Source: the human T2T-CHM13v2.0 reference genome, Homo sapiens. From it: a DNA stretch of 64,000 nucleotides. Numbering within the stretch: position 1 is the first letter of the stretch; each line of letters starts with the position of its first letter. Both the position numbers and the translations under genes were made by a program. Under the pieces are notes generated by a model. The model was not told the origin of the DNA. It searched no databases and was given only the letters and a program-made list of their open reading frames with translations. Location of the stretch: assembly GCF_009914755.1 (NCBI RefSeq), contig NC_060926.1. One strand, given 5' to 3'. Shown one piece after another: positions 53,366-64,000 of the stretch.

Positions 53366-53709
53366 AATAAATAATACTAAGATACATGATAAAATGTGGA
53401 TAATAATACTTCTTTGGTTATTGATGAGAATTAGCTGATTGTGGATGCAAAGCCTTTCCTACTGCTTAATAATTAACTGCTATTATTTCTTTTTATATTT
53501 TATATTTTCATAGTTATTCATATTTTATGTTTACAAAGTTATTCCTGTGGGGCAAATAAATAATACTAATATACATGATAAAATGTGAATAATAATTCTT
53601 TTTTGATTATTTATGAGAATTAACTGATAATGGATGCAAAGCCTTTCCCACTGCTTAGTAATTGTTAGCTGCTGTTGTTAATATTTCTTTTTATATGTTC
53701 AAAGTTATT
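53366..53709 (+). repeat. Diverged tandem duplication, period 189 bp
   Basis: aataaataatactaa..gatgcaaagcctttcc begins at both 53366 and 53555. Confidence 0.85.
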
Positions 53710-55824
53710 AATATCTTTAAAGTTAAAAATAAATCATTTGTAAATTTTGAAAAATGCCCAACTAGTAAAGAATGAAAAAAAAATCAGTCATGAGACTGGT
53801 AATCACTTAACAGTGATCCTACACTCCATTATATTTTTCCTAAAAATTACAAAATTACAGTGACTGCAAGAGGCAGGTAAATTATCTAATTTATGAATTA
53901 ATTCTACCTACTGAGAAATTAGTTAGGTTACCTTGAGTCAGAGTACGATTTAAAACTATTGGCAAAACAAGATGGAAGAAGAAACTTTGTAAGTCTGACT
54001 ATTTAGCTCCTACTGTTCAAATTGGGATTAAAAAGTTCAATTGGTATTAATTGCGTTTACTTTCTGTTTTCTATGGTTTACTTTGACTATCTCAAGCAAT
54101 TTTGGTTATGCAAAATATATTTACTCATTTAGAAAAGGGAAGTTGATAAGCTTATCAACTTTTCATATATATTTTGCTGAAAGATCTATAACATACCTCT
54201 GACAGCCTAGTATTTTCATACCTGCATTCCTTGGAGATATTGTGAGTTTGGTTCCAGACCACCACAATAAAACAAATATTGCAGTAAAGCAAGTCACACA
54301 CATTTTTTGATTTCCCAGTATATATAAAAGTTATGTTTACACTATACTGTAGTCTGTTAAGTGTGCAATACCATTATGTCACGGCATCTTCACCAGGAGT
54401 TGGTTCCATGTCAAGAAGCTACTTTCTTTGTTCATCCAGAGAAGCAACTCCTCATCCTTTCAGGTTTTATCATGAGATTGCAGCAATTCAGTGATATCTT
54501 TAGGCTCCACTTCTAGTGCTGGTTCTCTTGCTATTTCCACCACATCTGTGGTTACTTCCTCCACTGAAGTCTTGAACGTCTCAGAGTCAACCATGAAGAT
54601 CAGAATCAGCCTCTTCCTTCTTCCAAACTCCTGTTGATATTGATATTTTGACCTCCTCCCATGAATCACAAAATTCTTAATCGTATCTAGAACAGTGAAT
54701 CCTTTCCAAGAGGTTTTCAATTGACTGCCCAGATCATTAGAGGAATCACTACCTATGAGAGCTATATCTTACAAAATGTATTTCTTAAATAATAAGACTT
54801 GAAAATCAAAATTACTCCTTGAACTGTGTGCTGCAGAAACAACACTAATCACCTGTACATCTCCATCACAGCTCTTGGGCGACCTGGTGCATTGTCAGTG
54901 AGCAGTGATGTTACTTTTTTAGGGAGCATGCTAAAAAGGAATGAGTAGTAATATTTTGGAAGGCGTCTTTTTTTCTGCACAGCAGGTCTCAACAATGGGC
55001 TTAAAATATTCAGTAAGCCATGCTGTAAAAAGATATGCTGTCATCCAGGCTTTGTTGTTGCCTTTATACAGCACAGGCACAGTACATTTAGCATCATTTT
55101 TAAGGGCCCTAGGATTTTCTGGAATGGTAAATGAGCATCTACTTCAACTTGAAGTCACATTCTTCAGTATCAACACAAGTTGAAGCTACATTAGCTTCAG
55201 ACTTCTTCTGCAGCTTCCTCACCTCTCTCAGCCTTCACAGAATTGAGTAGAGTTAGGGCCTTGCTCTGGGTTAGGATTTGGCTTAAGGGAATGCTATGGT
55301 TGGTTTGATGTTCTATCCAGGCCATTAAAGCTTTCTCTGCATCAGCAATAAGGCTTTATGCATTTTTTAAAAGTTTCATGTGTTCACTGGGTTAGAACTT
55401 TTAATTTCCTTCAAGAATTTTTTCTTTGCATTCATAACTTGTCTAACTGTTTAGCACAAGAGGCCTAGCATTCAGACTGTCTTTGGTTTAGACATGACTT
55501 CCTCACAAAACTTAATCATTTCTAGCTTTTCATTTAAAGGGAGAGACATACAACTCTTCCTTTCATTTGAACACTTAGTGGCCTTTGCAGGGTTTAACTG
55601 GCCTAGTTTCAATATTGTTGTGTCTGAGAAAATAAGGAGGTCTGGGGAGTGGTAGATGGGGGAACAACCGGGTGGAGCAGTCAGAATGCACACATTATAG
55701 ATGAAGTTTGCCATCTTAAATGGGTGTGGTGCATTGCAGCCCAGAACAATTTAAGTAGTAACAGCAAAGATCACTCATCACAAATCACCTAACAGATATA
55801 ATGAAAAGGTTTAGAATATGGTGA

Positions 55825-57785
55825 TGATGGCAGCGGTGGGCCGTCTGGAGTGGTGGCTGTCGTCATGCCTGCTACAGCAGGGAGGCGTGGCTGAGGCCAC
55901 ACACTCCAAGCAGCTGGCGGGAACTGGGGACAAGCAGGAGCCCCGCCCCTTCTGAGTTGGGGCTGGAGCTCCCTGGGTGCTACTAAATCTGCCCAAGCCG
56001 TGCTGCAGACCCAGGTACCCCTCTATTCTTGGACCCTGGAGCAGGTGGGAGCCCTGCCCTCCTGGGTGCAGCTTCAGCTGCCCAAGTTGTGGCTGTGGAC
56101 CTGGGCCTCCCACTGCAGGGAGCAGGCAGGAGCCGTAACCCCCCAGCACAGCTTGCCCAAACGGCGGCTGCAGACCCAGACATCCCTGCATTCTTGTGGG
56201 CCTGGGAAGGCTTCCCCTGCCCTCTCAGCCTCAGAAGTGCCTGCTTCTGCTGTCTGGCTTCTCCCTGCTATTGGCACCTGCTCCAATCTTGGAACAAAGT
56301 TGGAGCTGAGCTCGGGTGCTGTCACAGCCCGGCCAGGTGTGCACATGCTCAGGGCAGTGCTGACACACCAGCCCCCTGCCACCTCGGCAGCAGACCCCTT
56401 CTGGATTTTGGGCACCGATGAGCATAGGAGGGGAGCTGATGGGTGGCTGAGGGCAGCTCCATGCTGGCCTGCAGGCACCCATTGGCACCTACACCCTAGG
56501 CACCATGAATGGCAGCAGGAGGTAGGTTCCTGGGTAGAAGGAGGAAGGTCTCTGGTGAGGCCCCACCTTCAGGCCAGGGAGGGCCTGAAGGCTGGGGGCC
56601 AGGCTGCCAGTTCCACAGACCAGAGTGGGAGGTTGTGGTGCTTTTTCCAGGCCGCCCATGAACCAATCAGCATGCAATTCCTCTTCTCTGAGGCCCATGA
56701 AAGCCCTGGGCTCTGTCAGAGCTGAGCAGATATCAGGACAATCAGCTGCAGAGAGAAGCAACCAATTCCAGGGCCTCTTCTCTTCTCAGAGCTGGGAAGT
56801 TGATGGGACTACTTGCCTGCAGAGAGAAGCAACCCACTCCAGGACCTCTACTCTGCTGAGAGCTTGGAAGACACTGAGACAAACAGTTGCAAAGAGGAGC
56901 AACCCGTTCCAGGGCCTCCTGTCTGCTGAGAGCTAGAAAGACAATGGGTCGACCTGCCTGTAAAGAGGAGCAAGCCACTCCACGGTCTCTCTGCTGAGAG
57001 CTGCAGAGTTGACAGGATTACCTACCTGCAGAGAAGAGCTTCCCACTCCAGGGTCTCCTCCCTGCTAGGAGCTGAACACTCTTCAGGACACCCTGCTTGT
57101 GGAAAGGAGCTACCCACTGCGAGTCTCCTCTGAGCTGTTCTGTTGCTCAGTAAAGCTCCTCTTTATCTTGCTCACCCTCCACTTGCCTGTGTACCTCATT
57201 CTTCCTGGTTGTAGGACAAGAACTCAGCTCTTTTAGCCCCATTGAATGGCAGGGTTAGGAGAACTGTAACACAAACAGGGCTGAAACATGCCCCTTGCTC
57301 ACCACATTGCAGGTGAAGAGGAGAGAAGAGCTGCTGCCCATCAGGGAGCACATATCTGGGAGCTCCCCATGCCAGGGCTGTGACTCCCGCTTTGGGGCCC
57401 TGTGGTTCCTGGCATCTCCAAGCTTCCAGGTGCCACCACGTTCCCAGTGCCAGATGTGGAAACTGCAGTGCACCTGGTCTACCTGCAGCCTTGCAGAGAG
57501 CTGGTGCCTATGCCACACATGGAGCTTCCCACTCTGCTGCAGCAGCTGGTGTGTCTGACTGCACAGTGGCTAGACCCCACACTCACTCACACTACCCTCA
57601 TCACTCCATGCCTGACTCGCCCTTGGTAGGCATGGGATCCAGGTCAGTAGCGTGAGCCAAGTGCAGCATGCCAGGCCAAGTGGGTGGAATGAGTCCAGCA
57701 GGCCTGAGCAAAAAACTCAGGCAAAGGCACCACTGGCCACAGAGGTTTCCAGCCAGAAAAGCTACATCCCAAGGATCCTGTAACA
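55825..57785 (+). mobile_element. MER52-like ERV1 solo LTR
   Basis: GC-rich ~2 kb, tgatggcagcgg...ggatcctgtaaca, with internal ccactccagg..ctgctgagagct subrepeats. Confidence 0.75.
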
Positions 57786-57894
57786 ATATGAATTACCAAA
57801 ATATGACACACACATTAAGTGAGCACATCCTGTTGGAAGAATGGTGCTGATAGACTTGCTAATCTTAGAGTTGTCACAAACCTTCAATTCATAA

Positions 57895-58280
57895 GGTGGC
57901 AGATGGAATTAAGGTTGTTTATAAGCTGACCGTGACATAGTGGAAAGTATGCTAGGTTATCCGTGTGACTCAATATAATTACCAGGGTGGTTAAATGGTA
58001 GAGAGTGGCAGAAGAGAAAGTCATCACATGTGATGTGAGAACAACTTGGCCCACTGTTGCTGGCTTTGAAGATGGAGGAAGGGGGTCACAAGTTAAGGAG
58101 TGGCTTGTAGACTTCTAGACAAGGTTGGCTTCTAGAAGCTGGAAAAGGGAGGGAAGCAAATTCTTCCCTATAGGCTCCAGAAAGGAATGCAGCCTATCGA
58201 ACTTCCTAATTTTAGCCCAGCAAGTCTTCTGATCCCCACAACAGTTGGATAATAATTTTTTTTGTTGCTTTAAGCAAAAA
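57895..58280 (+). mobile_element. MLT1C/D-like LTR fragment
   Basis: gctggctttgaagatggagg..tctagaagctggaaaagg..ctccagaaaggaatgcagcc. Confidence 0.75.
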
Positions 58281-59480
58281 AAACCTCTTTACTTAATAGA
58301 AAATGCAATATCTGGGAAGTGCAATAAAATGTGGTATGCCTGTAGGTATTTGTTAAGTCTGTTTCCATGTTAATTTGTGTCTCTATAGATCGTAAATTCC
58401 ACAAGGACAATACCATGTTTGTTTTTGTGTCCGAAGAATAGGTCTTGGCACAGACTGATAAATAAATATTTGTTCAATACATGAATAGTTGCAGGCAGCC
58501 ATATTATAAATGCATATTAAATGATTTAGTTCAAATAAAATTTACCATGTGCCCTTAGGTTTACAATGTTAAAGAACAGTACTTTTAATGTCAAATTTAC
58601 AACTGTGTTCTACTTCCAATCATTTTATTTCTTTCCTACTGAATAATCTGGATCTATTTGCTGTATCGTTATACCTAAGCTATTCCTAGGTTGTAACTTT
58701 GGAAATATCAGGAATTACCCCGTAGTATCCTAAAAGGTTCTTATTTGAGTAGTCTAATTTTCACCCAATGAGTGATAATTTCACATATTCAGAGTTGTTC
58801 AAAATATAGATGACTCATGTAAAAAATTGTATCTTAAATTTGTTTCTCTGTCCTTTTTAGTTCTCTTTTATTGTTTTTATTATAAGATTTTTCTAAAGCA
58901 TATACTCTAAAGTTGCCTTAAAAGAACAGATCCTATTAAAAAAAAAACAGTAGTAGAAAATAGTAACTGTTGCTTTTTTCTTGTTTTAGTGCCGATTTTT
59001 AAAATGCAACATGAATACATACTTATTATGTATATAATCCATGCATTTATATTCTTAAAACTTTTTGTTTAAATTTAGAATATAAAACAAATGACAAATA
59101 TTTTCTGTAGTATCAGAGTATATATATTTTGTTCTGTTTTTAATATATGTGTTTAAAGCACAGCTCTATTTTGTAAATGTGAAATGTGAAAACCAGTGTC
59201 AACTTCTCGGGTTATTATCTCGTTTTGTGTTTATTAACATAGTTTTTATGTTACTAGTATACATTTTAACAATAAAATGCTTTCTATTTTAAAATATGAG
59301 TACAGCATAACATTCAGTTAAGCATATCTGTTATGGGTTCATCAAAATAACATCCACCGAATGTATTCTGTTGATTAACCAAACATCTCCTCTTTGTCTT
59401 TTTGGGTAACAGCATGCTCCTACTTCTCTTTAATTAAATGACCTTACCTTATATTTGTCTTGACTGGCTTCTGTTTACAG

Positions 59481-59585
59481 AAATTGTAAACCAGTTGAAT
59501 GCTCTGAGCAGCTTAGATGAAGATCAAGATGACTGCATAAAGCAAGCAAATATGCGTTCAGCTAAATCAGCCAGTTCCTCTGAAG
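59481..59585 (+). CDS. EHBP1: EHBP1 symmetric (phase 1-1) 105-nt exon, probably a cassette exon
   Basis: ctgtttacag acceptor, weak AG|GTCTAA donor. Encodes (E)IVNQLNALSSLDEDQDDCIKQANMRSAKSASSSE; length divisible by 3. Confidence 0.85.
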
Positions 59586-60243
59586 GTCTAAGAGCTTTCC
59601 TCCTTTCTTTCTGCTTCTGATTGCCTGTATTTACTGTGACCTGCTACCTCTTGACTTCTGTCTGTATTTATCTGTCAGTTTTGTCTTTGTGCTTTTCCTT
59701 GAATGTTTTCTTTGGTAATTTGTAGTGCACCAACAGGCAACAAGATAACAGTACTTATCTTTAGCAAAGTCATGTCAGGATCCTTGACAGACAGTGGTTT
59801 TAAAACATTTTCTAAGATAATACTTGGTCATACAACATGCTACTTCTTCAGTGTGTTTATATATTATAAATATATTGTTTTTAGAATATTTGCTTATCAT
59901 AAGCCCATTTCAGTTATTCCTGTTTGGGAGTGAAGAATGTTCTTTCTAAAAGTCTATGTCAACACTTTTTTTATTGGCTCAAATTAAATTGACATGGAAG
60001 TTTCTTTAGTACAGTTCATTATCTGACATAATTTTCAATTAATACTCAAATGTTTGTTTTGTTTTGTTTGAAAATGTTGGTATGCTACAAAATACTTGAA
60101 TGGCATTCTGTCATTGGTAAAATGCTATATACTATTATTTGCAGGTATTATTCGTGTGAACTTTTACCATTTGAAATATTTCACGAATGTTCAATACTTA
60201 CACTTAACCATAATAGGGAACTAACCCATATGTTTATTTTCAG

Positions 60244-60366
60244 AGCTTATCAACAAACTTAACTTTTTGGATGAAGCAGAAAAGGACTTGGCCACCGTGA
60301 ATTCAAATCCATTTGATGATCCTGATGCTGCAGAATTAAATCCATTTGGAGATCCTGACTCAGAAG
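60244..60366 (+). CDS. EHBP1: EHBP1 coding exon, 123 nt, with two NPF motifs
   Basis: ACTAAC branch-like motif at ~60220, tttcag acceptor, AG|GTAGCA donor. Encodes (E)LINKLNFLDEAEKDLATVNSNPFDDPDAAELNPFGDPDSE; NPF is the EH-domain-binding motif. Confidence 0.95.
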
Positions 60367-61283
60367 GTAGCAAGTTTTTCTGTAATTTTAAAGTCTTTGT
60401 ATAGTCAAGTTGACTTGAACTGTAAGGGCAGGAAAATATTTTCTTCAGAGACTAACACACAAAAAATTATTGTTTATAATGATATTATTATTGTGTTCAA
60501 TACCACTTGGAGTTGATCAGCAATTCTGGGTCACTTCTATGGAATGGCTTTTAAAGAAAAAAGAAAGCCTTACGTAAATATTTACATGGGGCTTTACAAG
60601 TCTCATTCGTTTGGTCTACCAAGTAAGGTCAGAATGTGGGATATACTGATTTTGGGATGGTGGAGGTAGCTTCTCTATATGGATCATTTTCCCTGACACT
60701 CAGTCTGTTGAGCCCTTCTGCCCCAACTCTATGTCTCTCTAGCCGAGATTCTCTAGCAGAGAATTAGTAGTGAGAGTGAGTTATGCATGTGAAAACATGG
60801 AGCAGAGAGTAGGTTAAGAACCGCTGCTATTATATATATATATACAGCATACTTGTGAGGTATAAAACCAGGGATTTTTTTTCCTGAGTCACTTTTCTTA
60901 TTAAGTAGTTTTGAACTCATAAAGCCTGGCTAAGGGCTGTTACAGAAGTGAGACTTCTGTTTAATTGAACTCTGTATGCTTAACATAAATGCAAGAATGA
61001 TTAACTACTGTTTACATCTTTTTTTGACTGTGTCTGAGAAATCTTCATGAATTTTAAAGAATTTTGCTACTGCCTGTCATGGTGAAAATGAGGTTTTAGC
61101 TTCAGGATTCACTCTGTTATAGCAATATAATTTCATAATTCTTTCTCTGTCTCCTCTTCCTTTACCTTCTCCCTTCTTACCAGACTCTAAATTATTAATA
61201 GTAAGTGTGTATTCATGAGTTTTTTATTTTGTTTGAGGGCTATATATTATGAACATATTTTAAATCTTAAAAAGGTTACAATA

Positions 61284-63705
<2,422 letters not shown>

Positions 63706-64000
63706 TAATTAATAAATGTCAGTCATAAAATTTTTGTAATAATCAGATTAAGTTGTTTGAAATGTCACTTAGGAAACAATTTTTCTTGAGAATTTCAATA
63801 ATCAATTTCCTGCCTTCCTCTCACAGAATATTTTGTTAGCATTGCATAGCATAATTAAAATTACTTTTAATGCACTATGACTTTTGGCTCACTGAAATTT
63901 TCCTACAATTTGAGAAAATATTTTTATCAGCAAATCTTAGACAGTTTTATTACAAATTCTTGTTTTGTTTTAAAATACTAACAAACATAAAAAAAAAAGC

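Larger units (their letters stand above)
54221..58342 (-). mobile_element. Second Tigger1, interrupted by a MER52-like LTR and an MLT1 fragment
   Basis: Ends TA|cctgcattccttggagat and ggtatgcctg|TA; minus ORF 54460-54720 matches ORF 34908-35096. Confidence 0.85.

Noticed and set aside
56740-57150. CRISPR-like spaced repeats
   Set aside because: Degenerate internal LTR subrepeats in mammalian DNA.
55811-57786. Cluster of long ORFs, up to 241 aa
   Set aside because: Stop-poor, GC-rich MER52-like LTR sequence with no protein motifs.

Overview
Primate (human-like) genomic DNA lying inside the EHBP1 gene on the + strand. Four coding exons are visible: 27154-27335, 32094-32233, 59481-59585 and 60244-60366. 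The introns are repeat-rich: many Alus, a full-length sense L1PA2-like element with intact ORF1, a complete MST MaLR provirus, two sibling Tigger1 copies, and MER52, MLT1, Charlie1, MER, L2 and MIR relics. The main unexpected signal comes from hand-translating the non-repeat intronic islands on the minus strand. They give stop- and frameshift-riddled protein motifs in this order: kringle-like x2, WSC and PKD (45.2-46.5 kb); C-type lectin (24.4-24.7 kb, perhaps also ~28 kb); PKD repeats (15.7-19.1 kb); PKD + REJ (0.4-2.9 kb). This matches the polycystin-1 ectodomain order, suggesting an ancient decayed polycystin-1-like gene nested antisense in EHBP1 introns. The call rests on manual motif recognition and needs profile searches. 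Repeat subfamily names are from memory of consensus sequences and repeat boundaries are approximate.
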